NCBI GenBank assembly: GCA_976551045.1
Contig: CDPCPM010000114.1
Coordinates: forward strand, 4,836,001 to 4,900,000
Length of the DNA stretch: 64,000 nt
Reading direction: 5' to 3'
Origin: Glaucostegus cemiculus
Taxonomy: Eukaryota
Part shown: positions 25,996-38,710 of the stretch, piece after piece
Layout of the letters: each line of letters begins with the position of its first letter
Numbering within the stretch: the first letter of the stretch is position 1
Notes under the pieces: generated by a model
What the model was told of the DNA's origin: nothing
The model's input: the letters and a program-made list of their open reading frames with translations, nothing else
The model's database searches: none
Made by a program: the position numbers and the translations under genes

Positions 25996-27004
25996 CTTTC
26001 CACTGCTTCTTTGCCTCCCAAGGATAACTAATCCTTTTTGAGGTTCACATTCTAAAATTCTGTACTCCATGTTGCGTTTAGGGTTTCTTAAAGGCTCTTC
26101 AAATAAGAACTATCTTCTGTCCAACAAAGCCAGCATGGCACGAGGGAAGACCTATGTATATTTTATGTCCTGGTCTATATGATTAAATGTCAATCATTTG
26201 GTTAAATAGTAATATTGTTGCTTTAGTCAAGGACTAAATTGAACAACTTTCTTCAGTGAAAGCTTTTTCTAAAGATTTTATTTATTGGTATCCTACCAGA
26301 GATTGAATAGTGTTAGAATCACAGCTGATTCATGCAGTCTTCTGATCAACCATTGCATTTTAGTATATTTTTCTCTTTCACAGCTTCATTATATTAGTTA
26401 CAGGCTTATCAAGATTTACTTGCATCACAATTCAATTCATAAAAGGAAATGTTTGGCATTTAAAGATAATGAGTTTCAGGAGTTTACCAGTAGAGACGTT
26501 GAAATAAAGGAGCAGGTCCTTTTCAGTTCCAAGCACAAAACTTGATACATTCTTCATAAAAAAAAATAAAATGAGACAGAAATGTGAGGGGAGCCATGTA
26601 AGGATGTACTGAGTGTCTTTTTTATGCACAAATATTCATAAAGGATCTTTTCTAATAAAACATAGATAATTGAATATTGCACTCCATCACTGATTATTCA
26701 GTTGTTGAATGCTTCAAAAATATTGTGTATAAAATGATGCCTTATGCATTATTGTGACATCATCCAAATAGTTGTGACTTTGCACAATAAGTCTTAAGGC
26801 TCAGGGATACAATTGTTTCACCACAAACTCAACACCATAATACAACAAAAGTAATTTATGCATTAATTACATTGAAATTTTAATTTGTTAAAGTTACATA
26901 TAAATAAAGCATTTTAATCAGAAGGAAAGGCAGAATGGGGTAGGATGTCCAGATACTAGAGCCACAGAAATTAGAGCCCATAAAATAACAGTAGACAACA
27001 TATG

Positions 27005-27235
27005 AGAGATTGCAGATGCTGGAATCTAGACCAATGGACAATCTGCCAGAGAAACTCAGCAGGTTGAGCAGCATCTGTGGAGGAAAGCAATTTTTGACCT
27101 TCTGGGTCGAAACCCTGCATCAATCCTGATTTAGAATTTTGCCCTGAAACAGCAACAATTCTACTCCCTCCCCCCTCCCACTGCCTAACAGATGCCACTC
27201 GACTTGCTGAGTACCTCCAACAGATTGTTTGTTGC
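27005..27235. mobile_element. Inverted pair of PLE terminal repeats (fold-back)
   Basis: Left arm acaatctgccagagaaactcagcaggttgagcagcatctgt is approximately reverse-complementary to right arm acagatgccactcgacttgctgagtacctccaacagattgt. Confidence 0.75.
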
Positions 27236-27261
27236 AATAGACAACCTATATCAGACTGAGA

Positions 27262-27350
27262 ATGGGTATAATTGGGTGCAGGTTCATTGGGCCGGAAGGG
27301 CCTGTTACCATGCTGTATAAATAAAATATAACTAAAGTAAAAAGTAAAGA
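27262..27350 (+). mobile_element. 3' tail of the V-SINE family
   Basis: tgggccggaagggcctgttaccatgctgtataaataaaa matches the tail of 29581-29847. Confidence 0.65.
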
Positions 27351-27589
27351 AAAAGCAGCTGAGTAATATATTGAAAATTATTTCAGAAATTTGGTATTCC
27401 TAAAGTGCAAATATACAGAAAAGATGACAAAAACAAAGTCTTCAAATATCCAATCAATGGTTTAACCTCACTTTATATTTGTATCCATATTTTCATATTT
27501 GCTTAAAAGCAATTATTTATTTGCAACCCATTGTCTTCTGCATGCCCATCAACTCTACTCTGGTTCTCATATGAGAGAAGAAATGGAAT

Positions 27590-27722
27590 CAGAGGGAGAA
27601 TCTCACATGGTCACAGAGAGAACATGAAAACTCCATGCAGACAGCACCAGAAGTCAGGATTGAACCCAGGTCACTGGAGCTGTGAAGGAACAGCACTATT
27701 TGCTGAGCCATTGTGCTGCCCT
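27590..27722 (-). mobile_element. Old tRNA-derived SINE head
   Basis: Reverse complement gggcagcacaatggctcagcaaatagtgctg...ctgggttcaatcct gives A-box and B-box remnants. Confidence 0.6.
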
Positions 27723-28169
27723 CTTCAAACATTGGTAATGCCAATCTCTGCTTTAAAGAAAATAAAGCAAAGCAAAATCTGACAGCAAATTGCTCCATAT
27801 GCAAAATCTTAACAGTTTTGACTTGGAACATCAGCTGTACTTCCCCCTCTCCATAGATGCTAAGTGATCTGTTGAGAATTTGTAGCATGCTCAGCAATTC
27901 AGTTTTGTGAGGAGATGACATGAGGTGATGCACAGAGCTTGAGGGAGATGAAAAAAAGACTTGCTTCCTTTCCCAAGAATCGCAAAGAAAAATCTGCCTC
28001 TGGCTTTGGGAACCAAAATTCATTGGTGCTTGCCTGCCAACAGATGAATGAGGATGCTCTGAAAATGTGCCGCAGCTGACAAGATGTGATTATGGAGTTT
28101 GCACTATTTATTCATGGAAACATCAGGAATGTGTTCTCTCTGTGGAAGATGTAAGCTTTGTTGGCATGT

Positions 28170-28660
28170 CTCCACACTCAGCCTACCGAATTGCTTTATC
28201 CTTTTAAATATCTTTACTTGGTTACCCTTCATGTTCAAGGAAATACAAACCTTATTTGTGTAATCTGCCCTTATTATTTAGACTTTTAATTTTTGACAAT
28301 CATTCTGGTCAATCAGAGCTCCTCAAGGAAAATCCTTCCTGAGGTCTGCATTCTAAAAACATAGCTCTCCATACAGGGTCTGCCTGAGGGTCTGTACAAC
28401 AGAAGCACCATTTCCTCATTTCTGCATTCCAATCTCATGAAACGAAGGCCAATATTCCATTATGCATTTTGATGACATTTTCGTTCCTGCACACCAGCTT
28501 TTAGTGATTTGCGCACATTTAGACAGCAACTCTTCATCTAAGGAAATACTCAGAATTACCTTCCTCGAAACGCAAGTGGATGGCCTCACAACCTCACACA
28601 CTAAACTCTATCCAACATCGTTCACTCACTTAGTCAATCCATTTCTTTTAAACTTCATGT
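28170..28660 (-). mobile_element. CR1 LINE fragment
   Basis: Plus-strand gaaggccaatattccatta and aagtggatggcctcacaacct are reverse CR1 ORF2 motifs (NGILAF; CEV.HF). Confidence 0.55.
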
Positions 28661-28698
28661 TCTTATCTACAGGACAGGTGATGCCTCCTCACTAAGGG

Positions 28699-29186
28699 GA
28701 GGCAGATCTTCCTTGACCAGTCTCCCTGGCATGATTTGCCAGCTGCAGTCTCTATACACCAGTATTTACCTGATATGCATGAAGAGGGCCAATCATGCTG
28801 AATGACAACAAGGTTCCCAGCAGCACAGTGAGGAGGCACAGCCCCAAAATGCTCTGACAGCCTTTGACAACTGACATGTCTCAGCTCCAGTCTTACTGAC
28901 ATAAAAGTCCTAAGTGACATTCAGATTCATTTTAAAAGGATTACAATTAATTTAAAATATTTTTTAGAGAACATTCCTAAATAAAAAATTTGAACTAAAG
29001 CCAAACAATTAAAAGTAACCCACTCTCTTCCTTGTCCTGAAGTACCCATTGAAGTCAACAGATTTTCAATTCAGTGCCAAGTCCAATCTGGTGCAGGACC
29101 AGAGAGCCATTTATTCTTTGCAATCCCAGCTGGTCTGGGCTCTGCCACTGGACGCAATCAGCCACTAAGTCAGCAAAATCCACCTC
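28699..29186. mobile_element. Non-autonomous PIF/Harbinger-like element (MITE)
   Basis: Imperfect TIRs gaggcagatctt and aaaatccacctc (9/12 complementary). An internal GTAPKCSDSL reading resembles the start of Harbinger Myb/SANT ORFs. Confidence 0.4.
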
Positions 29187-29580
29187 AGAAACTTTCAGCT
29201 TGGATCTACAGCTCTATATCCCTTCACCTATGATAAAATCTGAGTTACAGGTAAAGAACACTACTTGTCACATTCAACTATTATAGAATATTCCTTCCAA
29301 ATTTATTCATTTCCTCTTGCTTCCCAAATTATTCCCAGGCCCATTCACAAGATTGCCTCTCTTAGTCCATACATTTTCATTTTTAGTAATGACTTGGACA
29401 GTACTCTTCTCTGCAACAAAATATGCAAAAATGCAACATAAAAATGAAACTTAAAAAGGAATATCAAGGCTAATTGTGAAGTATGCGATAAATACATTGA
29501 TCCTAATTTTATCTCATTAGGCAGGCAAGTACCAGAGGAAATTAAACTCAGAAATGTGGAATGACACATTTTGGTAGTTT

Positions 29581-29847
29581 GGGCGGCACGATAGCGTAGT
29601 GGTTAGCGCGACGCTGTTACAGCGCCAGCGATCGGGGTTCGATTCCTGTCGCTGTCTGTAAGGAGTTTGTACGTTCTCCCGTGTCTGCGTGGGTTTCCTC
29701 CGGGTGCTCTGGTTTCCTCCCACATTGTAAAAAGACGTACGGGTAGGTTAATTTGGGGGGTTAAAATGGGCGGTGTGGACTCATTGGGCCGAAAGGGCCT
29801 GTTACCACGCTGTAAGTAAAATAAATAAAATAAATAAATTTAAAAAA
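29581..29847 (+). mobile_element. Young V-SINE (tRNA head, V domain, CR1-type tail)
   Basis: A box tagcgtagtgg, B box ggttcgattcc, V domain gggtttcctccgggtgctctggtttcctcccaca, tail gggccgaaagggcctgtt plus A-rich end. CpG-rich and near-identical to 61275-61532. Confidence 0.9.
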
Positions 29848-30045
29848 GAAACATGATCAAAGTGAATATGAAATAAATGACACAATTTCAAACAGGTAAA
29901 ATAACAGGGAGTCAGCTGATGTTCAGTGGAATTCGAGGGTGAACACACACAAATCTTTGAAGATTCAGGACGAGCTGAGAAGGGTTTTAAAAGAGCAGAT
30001 AGGATTCCTCACTTTATTAGTAGAAAAAGAGTACAAAGAGATTTT

Positions 30046-30346
30046 GAATAGGAATAAGAATATCTTTATTAGTCACGTGTACAGCCAAACACACAATGAA
30101 ATGCATCTTTTGTGTAGAGTGTTCTGGGGGCAGCCCGAAAGTGTCGCCATGCTTCTGGCACCAACATAGCATGCCCACAACTTCCTAACTCATACGTCTT
30201 TGGAATGTGGGAGGAAACCAGAGTACCCAGAGGAAACCCACGCAGACACAAAGAGAACGTACAAACTCCTTACAGACAGTGACTGGAATTGAACCTGGGT
30301 CGCTAGTGCTGTAATAGTGTTGCGCAGACCACTACACTATTGTGCC
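30046..30346 (-). mobile_element. V-SINE with an alternative (Rex1-like) tail
   Basis: Head and V domain are shared with the 29581 copy, but the 3' part reads ...gcatttcattgtgtgtttggctgtacacgtgactaataaagatattcttattcctattc. Confidence 0.85.
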
Positions 30347-30838
30347 TGACAAATGTTTGCAAAACATTGATTACACCCTGAATCAGTTAAGGGAGGATAT
30401 TAAAATCTAGGAGAAAATATAATGAGAATTATTTAGAATAGTAGAGCGATGAAGGACTTCAGTTCAATGGAAAGATGGGGAAAGCTCAAGTTATTTTCTG
30501 AGATTTTCTGACTTCAAGAGATTTTTTAAGGTTTTCAAAATCATTCATTGTTTTGAAAGAATAAACAAAGAGAACACATTTCCTGTGGCAGGAGGGCAAG
30601 GAACCAAACAGCGTATGTTAAAAGTGATTGGCAACAGAACCAGGTGAGGCAAGGAAAAAGAATTCCACAATCAGAGTTGCAATGATCTGTCTGGATGTGC
30701 TGCCAGACTGGGAAGGTTTAACAGAAACTAGGATTCATTCTTCTAGGGGAAAATAAATTGGGGAAGAAAAGGGAGTCAAATTGATTGGACAGGTTTACCA
30801 AACAACTGGTATAGATCTCCTTCATTCTATGATTTAAT

Positions 30839-32956
30839 GGGCTGGATTTTGAAGTGAGTACACGTTGACAGCGGGGGTTACTGCTGGCAGATGCAAAATC
30901 TGAAAGTGCGAGCAACACATCTGTCGGTGGTTTCTTAAGTCAGTCACTTCATTATTATCTTATTTCTGCATTTCCCAACCAATTAGTATCAGCAAGTATG
31001 ATGACGGCATGCATGATGTCATTGAATCTTGGTATTTAAAAGGACACTCCAAACATGCAAGTTGAAGTACTTGGAATTAGAATAATGAGAGAAACGAAGT
31101 CTAACAAAGAATAGTAGCAAAGCCTGTGCCTACTTCAACGATATCTCCCTGCATGCTGCTCACTTTCAATGGGAAGATTAGCTGGCTGAGGACATGAAAA
31201 AAGGTTGGAGAAGGCATATCAAATCACATCAAATGACATTCAAGAAAGCATGATCACATTGTATATATCAACCTATATCCCCTACTCAAGCCAATATTAG
31301 AAATTCTCTCTGAAAAACAAAAAAATCTTGCAGACATTACTCTCTATATAGATGCTGCCCCATCGATCACCAATCAAACTCATTACTTTGCAATGTCATA
31401 CATATCATTCAAAATCAATTTCAGCAAAACTTTCCATCCTTCCAGATTATATATTTCACTATTCACACTTATTTATCTTTACCTTTTCATTCATACATGA
31501 GAACACAGGGAGAGCCAGAGGAGCAGATATTGCACCAAACAGTCACAAAAGAGGCAGCACAGAGATCAGTCGAGTCTTAGTGTGCCTACTCCTCAGGTAA
31601 AGAGCAATGTGACCTCTCAGCTACTTGGGAACAGAATTAAATATAAGACAATATTCAGTCGCGTTGAATTGATGTCAACTAAAGCAAGATATAATCACGT
31701 CCACAGTTATTTCTTCACACACTTCATTCGTGTCTTCTGTCTCATTCAGGACAATAACCTCATCCACTTGGAGTTGTTTCAGGTTATGGGGATGTTTTTT
31801 TTTAAGAGGAAGTCAATCCTTTTAAGGATGCATCATCACAGAACTTAGGCAAACTATACACCAGCTCAGACACTCACACATTGGTAGACATGATTAATTT
31901 TGAGGGATTTGCATGTTAACTCATGCCTCACAAGAGCCAAAGGTGAAGTTGAGGATACGAGCAGACAGGTGTTGATCTCTCCAACTCGACCAAGCTCACA
32001 TGGATGCGGTAACATCAAATATGGCAATCTACCAACTGCTCAAAGACCTTCCACAATAACTAGCGCACTCTTGATATCACCTTAAGTAGGAAGAACAAAA
32101 ACCCGTGCTTGACTTTCACAGTTCTATTGATCTGGCTTTCTCCAGTACCAGTGGTAGATGGTGAAGTGCATCTTCATCTTGATTTCATTGGTGAGTTCCA
32201 AAAATCTGGAAAATCCATGGGCCTTATGTTAACATTCAAAACTCACATCAATTTTGTTCAAATTGTTTGAATGATGTACGTTAAGTGATAACCTGTTGCT
32301 TCCATTTAGATTGTTCACATGTAGCCTGGCACCAAGGTCAAAGGCAGAAACTGATGGATTGGACACAGTTTGCTGATACACTGTCAATTTTATCAGGCCC
32401 ATTCCCAAAGCATACAGTCCAGCACATTAAAATTCATGCCAATTACTTGCTTCTAGTCCAACACAGACAGTTATCTTCGAAACAGCAGCGATTTGTGGGG
32501 CTTTAAGTGTAGGAATGGACCTTAAGTAAAAAGGAATGGAGACAAAGATAACTTAAAGTTGTAGAGGTCTTCACCAGCTTGGCCAGACAACATGCTCCTA
32601 TTGCACCATAGTCAATCATTTCCAAAGGGGACAAGGAATGAAATACGACTCTCGGCTTGCAGCTGCCTGCCACTGACTACTGTGTGCAGGCTTAGGTTGA
32701 CTGAAAGAAGGTACTGTACTGGTGTTAACACAGCAAAAAGTTTTGACAGTGAGCACTTCATGGTAGTTGATGTTGTGTGAAGGACAGTAAGTGAAGGAAG
32801 AATGTAATTAGGGCAAGAAGTACAGCGCGCTGCACTCTAAGCAGCAGGAGACGAAGAGAAGTTTACTACATTTCTTAGTAGTCAAATGAGACAAGAGCTG
32901 TGAGTGATGGGACAAGAAGAGAAACTGAGAAATAGTATGCACTAAATTTTCTTGCC
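30839..32956. mobile_element. Degraded PIF/Harbinger DNA transposon (Myb/SANT remnant on +, DDE transposase remnant on -)
   Basis: Left end gggctggatttt. Plus-strand (P)YFNDISLHAA at about 31125-31160. Minus-strand remnants in HARBI1 order across about 32740-32150: TFFQST (~GSFQ), PAHSSQWQ (~AAHRCIRQ), GAIG.HV (~GAIDCTHV), GYHL (~GYPL), MKMHF (~LKMRF). The right end is uncertain. Confidence 0.55.
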
Positions 32957-35409
32957 ATTTTAACCCCACGAGGATTGCTAATTCTGGCATTAAATTGCTC
33001 AGATATCTCTGCCCACCCATATGACAGTTATTTTGGAAATCTTTCCACAGGATAATGGATGAAACAAGGCTCCTTCTGCGAAACCCCTTCCATCAAAACC
33101 CCTAACAAACTGTCTTAAAACAAGTGGACCCTAATAAAATCTAACTTTCTGAATATTCCTACATCTAGTAAAGTATTAGAATCCTATGACAGTTTGCTGA
33201 ACCTTTTCTTAAATAAAAGTGAATCTCTTCTTTGAAAGGCACAAGCTGCTTTCAGCAATGTGCAAAATTGACACCTTTCATTCGACTATCTACTGGAGCA
33301 TTTTGCACAAATTAATTAGCAAACTTCTTTCCAACCACAAGCATGGTGCCCATTCTACACATATAAACACACACAATAATATTTAGCTCTTTCTCACTAT
33401 ATTTAAGAAGCTTAATACTTTTACCAGTTTGTTCTTAATGTAACTGCAGAAATTGTTAATGAGCCCACCTCAAACAGCAGAACATCCCTTCAAAATTGAA
33501 GTTAGCTGCTGTTGAAGTACTGTCACTCTATACAAATGAACATACTCTGTTTCTCCAAAAGCATTCTCCAACATTCAGCTGCAGGGCCATCCCCAATTCT
33601 GACAACCACACATTCTTGCCCAGGGTTTAAGTCTTCTGTCTAAATTACATTATTAAGAGATACCTAAAGAAATGTGTGTTATTTTCATGCAGGGGCTGGG
33701 GGTAGAACTGATGGGTAGGGGTGGAATTAGGATGAGAGAGGGTAATGGATACTGAAGGAGTACATTCTTTTGTGTGCAACTTCTCAATTTCTCAGGTGGC
33801 ACCTTGCATTATTTTTTCAGTGGATTAGATATGAGTGAAATAGACTTAAGTTAATATTCAAATTATTTACCATTGGAAAATTACATGTATTTTGCATTTT
33901 TTAAAAGCCAAGTAATAAATCATCCCTCTGGCTATCCCAGCTACTGTCATCAAAAGAAACAGAACCATTTGATTTCAGGTCAAAATGAATGTTACTTACA
34001 TTATTTTAGAAAATAGTTTTAAACTGAATATGCAATTTATTTCAAACCGAAGAAAGAACATGTTTGTTACTTCCACAAATTCACAACACTATGTTGGCAA
34101 GTATCATTACAATCCTTGACAATAGACAGGTTTTGACACTTATCATTTTGCAATTATGGGATCATCAGGTATCTCTACAGTTTAGGATACAATCATTCAG
34201 GGTCACTGTAAACTGCAGAGTAGTTATTGACATTAATGTGAAAGTTGAACTGTTAAAATTTGGGAATGACATTGTAAGCAATAGATTTCTAACTTTCTGG
34301 ATCCTGAACTCCTTGCATATTTATACTGAAACATTTTTTCCTGAAAGGAGAACTTTCTCAGCCTGTTCCAGTTAGGAATGTTTTCTGCACAGTTGTCCTT
34401 TCAGAGGTTCCCTCACAACAGCATCAAGGTGAATGATTGCTTTCAAGACATTTGGACCAAATATACCTGCTGGCCTTCAAACAAATCAATTTCTAATAAA
34501 GGCATGGAATTGGAACAATTTACCCACCATTGCAAACTCTATTGCCTAGTGGTTAGTTCCATCATTTCCTAGAAGGAGAAACTTTATATACAAAAAGCCA
34601 TGAAGAACCCATCACTCCCACTGCAAACAGCAGCAGCCTTAGCATCATATATATTAATTGATTCACCCACAGACCTGAAGGCACTATCTGGGATGCCCAT
34701 GCAGGAGTATTAAGGCCCTGCGTTTTTGCACTCACATGGTCTGCTGCTGAGTATTGCACTTAGATGGGTTGATGAACTCATTTACAAACTTATCAACATG
34801 CAGGTGGCATAGCTTCACAGGCAGTAACCATGACCTTAAATTTATCCCCCAATGAACTCCTCCTGAAGCAGTCAAATATTACCCTTCTTCACATCTGTCA
34901 GGATACCCCAACCCACAAAGAGGTTATTAAAATTTACTTAAATCCATACCTCCCAATTCATTGGGACCTAACTGGGCCCTCACCTTGCTGCATGGTTTCA
35001 AGGGACTTTTTTTGCTGTCCCAATGTAGTAGTTTGAGAGTAATAATGAATAAAGTAATGCCAGGACTGAAACAAGGAACTCACCAAAGACACAAAGGCAG
35101 GGCTCCATTGGTTTTACCAACCTCTCAGGATATAGAAGATTCTAAGCGTGATCTGAATGGGACATTAACGGAATCCAAAAGTGGCAAATCAAACTCTTCT
35201 TTGTCCATGAATGTACTAACCCAGATCAAACAATGGATCATAACATCACAATTTATTGTGACTGAAATCCAATGGAGATATCTTTGAGATACACTCTATT
35301 TCTAAAAAGGCAATACAATGGCTTTAGAACCTCAGAAATGATTTATAAATTTTTGCTTGAAACATTTGTAAGATGATCAGGGTCCTTTGATGTACAAGGA
35401 ATTCAGATT

Positions 35410-35645
35410 CACCTGATGGTTCCTGACTATTGCTATGGAGGGCCCACTTATTCACTATTCACTGATTCACTAATGACCTTCAGGGGAGGAAATCTGTCAC
35501 CATTACCTGGTCTGGCCAATGTGCAAATCAACAACCTATAAGTGTGGTTGACTTTTAAAGGCCCTCTGAAATGACTTACCTAGCTACTCAGTTCAAGTGT
35601 GCTATTGGTGGGCATTAAATGTTCTTGATAATAAATGAATAAAAA
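35410..35645 (+). mobile_element. SINE fragment sharing a tail with the 13.2-15.4 kb LINE family
   Basis: ttcactaatgaccttcaggggaggaaatctgtcaccattacctggtctggcc...tgggcattaaatg...aatgaataaaaa. Confidence 0.5.
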
Positions 35646-36557
35646 CAGTATAATTAGCTCATAAACAACATCCAAATACACCGATGAAAGACCACCAACC
35701 TGACATATTAACATTGTTTCTCACTTTATGGAGGGAACCATTTTAACTCACTGACACTTCTCTTCCAAGAATGCTCACTTTGAAAAAAATCTGTTTCTTT
35801 TTCAGATGAGGGTAATGTTTGTCTCTTTTATTTTGTTCACACCCCTTTTTGTTTCCCTTCTTGCTTTTAATAAGGTGTTCACCAAAATTCACCTCTACAG
35901 CTTCATCTCTTTCCTTAGTGAATGTCTCTGGCTTCATCTTATTTCACATGAGTTACAACTGAAATTCTGCCCTTCAGATTATAGATCTAACCATCTTATG
36001 ATCAAGATCTTCAACGTTGCTCAAATCACTGGTCATGCTGCATCCAGAGATCCTTGCTTAATGTCACGCACCAGTGTACACGCTTTGGAATTCTCTCTCC
36101 AACAGCATAAACTTGCTCTTTCTTAAAGCCGTCCTGGTCTTTACATTTCATCCTTCCCTGTACACTGTTCTAATGAAAGGACATTGACCTGAATTGTTAA
36201 CTTTCCTCACTCCATAAATGGTGCCCAAGTATATCCAACATTCTTTGTTTTCATTTCCATTTTTCCAAATGTATTATTACAGACAACAAGGCTGACGAAA
36301 ATAACCATGTGTATTGGCTCTGGGGAAAATACAATGACTTGGAGAAACTCAACAAAACATCCGTGAATATTACTGATTGATGGCATTGACCACAGGACCT
36401 TCAAACTTCTTAAATGGAAAGGAGAGAAAAGGTTCAGCATCTAAGTTTTATTGGGTGCACAGTCAGTGGTCCAGAGCAGGCAGCAATGATTATAAATAGA
36501 CAAAAGCGAGTGGTAGTCTGTAATGCTGAGAGAGACACTAATAACACAAATAAATAC

Positions 36558-38710
36558 AGTCAAAGTCAAAGTTGAGCTTATTGTCATATGCACAATTACA
36601 TGTATGTACAGCTGCAATGAAAAACTTACATACAGCAGCATCACAGGCATGTGGCATCATTTCAGCAGCATTCACAAGAAAAACATTTTAGCATAAATTA
36701 TGCACAATTTTTACAAGAAAGGACACAATTAGAACAAAAAACAAAGTCAATTTTAGTGCAAAGTGGTCATAATGTTGCTAAATTGTAGTGACTAGGGTTT
36801 TGCCAGTTGGTTTAGGAATCAAATGGTTGAAGGGAAGTAGCTGTTCCTGATCCGGGTAGTGTGGGACCTCAGGCTTCTGTGCCTCCTGCCCAATGACAGC
36901 TGCTGAAAGATGGCATGTCCCAGATGGTGGGAATGTTTTATGTCTGATACTGCCTTCTTGAGGCAGTCCCTTCTGTAGGTACTACTGATAGTGGAGAGGG
37001 CAGTGCCCATGAGGTATTGGGCAGAGTCCAGTACTCTTTGCAGCTTCTTATGCTCCTGCGCATTCGAATTCCCATCCCAGACCATGATGCAACCAGTCAG
37101 GAAATTTTCGGCGGTACATCTGCAGGAGTTTATTAGAGTGTTTGGTGACAAGCTGAACCTTTCAAGAAAGTAATGACGCTGGCGTGCTTTCCTTATGATT
37201 GCATCCATGTGCTGGAGCCATGACAGGTCATCCGATATGTTAACGCCCAGGAATTTAAAGCTGCTGACTCTCTCCACCACCAATCGCCCAATATAGACTG
37301 GCACATGTTCACCCTTCTTCTCCTTCATGAAGACAATAACCAGTTCTTTAGTTTTGTTGACGTTGAGCAAGAGGTTGTTGCTGCTGCACCACTCAACAAA
37401 GTGTCCTACCTTGCTCCTGAAAGCTGCTTCATCACCATCTGTGATTTGTCCAACAACGGTAGTGTCATTGACAAATTTGAAGATGGCATTGGAGCTGTGC
37501 TTAGCCACACAGTCATGTGTACAGAGAGTAGAGCAATGGGGTAAGCTCGCAGCTTTGTGGTGCAGCTGTTTTGATGGTCAGCAAGAAGGAGATGTTGTTC
37601 CTGATCCTCAGTGACTGAGGTCTGCCAATGAAAAAGTCGAGTATCCAGTTGCAAAGGAAGGTACAGAGGCCTGGGTCTTGAAGCCTGATGATGAGTTTGG
37701 ATGGAATGATTGTGTTGAACACTGAGCTGTAGTCAATGAACAGCAGCCTGATGTATGAGTTCTTGTTGTCCAGATGGTCCAGAGCATATGAAGTGCCAGA
37801 AAAATCGCATCTGCTGTTGACCTGTTGTGGCAGTAGGCAAATTGGAGAGGATTGAGGTCATCTCTGAGGTATGAGTTGATTTGCGCCATAACCGACCTCT
37901 TGAAGCACTTCATTTTCGTTGTTGTAAGTGCTACCAAATGGTAGTCAATGAGTCAGGTCACCATGCTCTTCTTGGGCACTGATACAATGAATGCATTTTT
38001 GAAGCAGGTGGGAACCTCAGATAACAGAAGTGAGGGGTTGAATATGTCCGTTAATACTCCAGCCAGTTAGTCTGCAGAGATCTTTAGTACTCAGCCAGTA
38101 CTGTGCTGTCTTGACCAGATGCCTTTCGTGGATTCACCCTCTTGAAGGATGCCCGAATGTCAGCCTCAGAAACTGAAATTACAGGGTCACTTGGAGATGT
38201 GGGGGCTGGTGTGAATGTTTCATAGTTCTCCCTATCAAAGCATACATAAAAGGCATTGAGCTTATCTGGGACTGATGGATCGTTGCCACTTGTGCTACCC
38301 GGTCTCACCTCAAGGGAAGTTATATTGTGCAAGCCCTGCTACAGCTGTTGAACATCCATCTATGATTCCAGTTTAGTCCGAAGTTGCCTCTTTGCACTCG
38401 CAATGGTCTTCGGAGGTTGTACCTCAACTTCTTATGTGATTCTGGGTCGCCAGTCCTAAATGCAATTCTTGTTCTTCATTCTTGTTGATTATAGCACTTA
38501 ATTCCTCAGGTGCTAGTTTGATGTTTGCCTGACGAGAGATGTAGACTGCAGTCAGGATGACGGCGTAGAACTCCTGCGGAAAGTGGAATGTTCAGCAATT
38601 CACTGCCAGGTGTTCTGTGTCAAGAGAGCAGGAATAGGACAAGTCTGCCACATCCATGCACCACGATGAGTTTATCATTAAGCAGATGCCTCTGCCTTAT
38701 CCTTTACCCT
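36558..38710 (-). mobile_element. Rex1/Babar LINE, 5'-truncated, internally deleted, non-functional
   Basis: APE remnant GICLMINSSWC..EHLAVNC..EFYAVILTAVY. RT motifs [34 protein letters not shown] and KFVNDTTVVG (catalytic ADD mutated). C-terminus RIRNSYFPSTI and a (TTTGAC)n tail. Multiple frameshifts. Confidence 0.92.

Larger units (their letters stand above)
29380..30835 (+). mobile_element. Old CR1 LINE fragment carrying two SINE insertions
   Basis: NDLD...HFG motif before the first SINE, HKSLK..FISRK.EYK between the SINEs, and a C-terminal region ending attctatga after the second SINE. Confidence 0.65.

Noticed and set aside
24746-26031. 215-aa, 119-aa and 148-aa ORFs as genes
   Set aside because: They are part in-frame, part off-frame readings of the degenerate Penelope-like element and its pyrimidine-rich tail.
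29581-29655. tRNA gene (also at 43820-43893 and 61275-61345)
   Set aside because: The A and B boxes belong to SINE heads that continue into a V domain and LINE-derived tail.
33692-33721. Isolated G4-like motif
   Set aside because: One loop is 10 nt and there is no supporting context; such motifs are expected by chance in 64 kb.
34060-35330. Possible RTE LINE remnants on both strands (also about 53300-53420)
   Set aside because: Motif similarity is too faint to give boundaries or a confident call.
36819-37508. Longest ORF (229 aa) as a host gene or active reverse transcriptase
   Set aside because: It is a Rex1/Babar RT C-terminal fragment with the catalytic ADD changed to VND, and the upstream parts are frameshifted.
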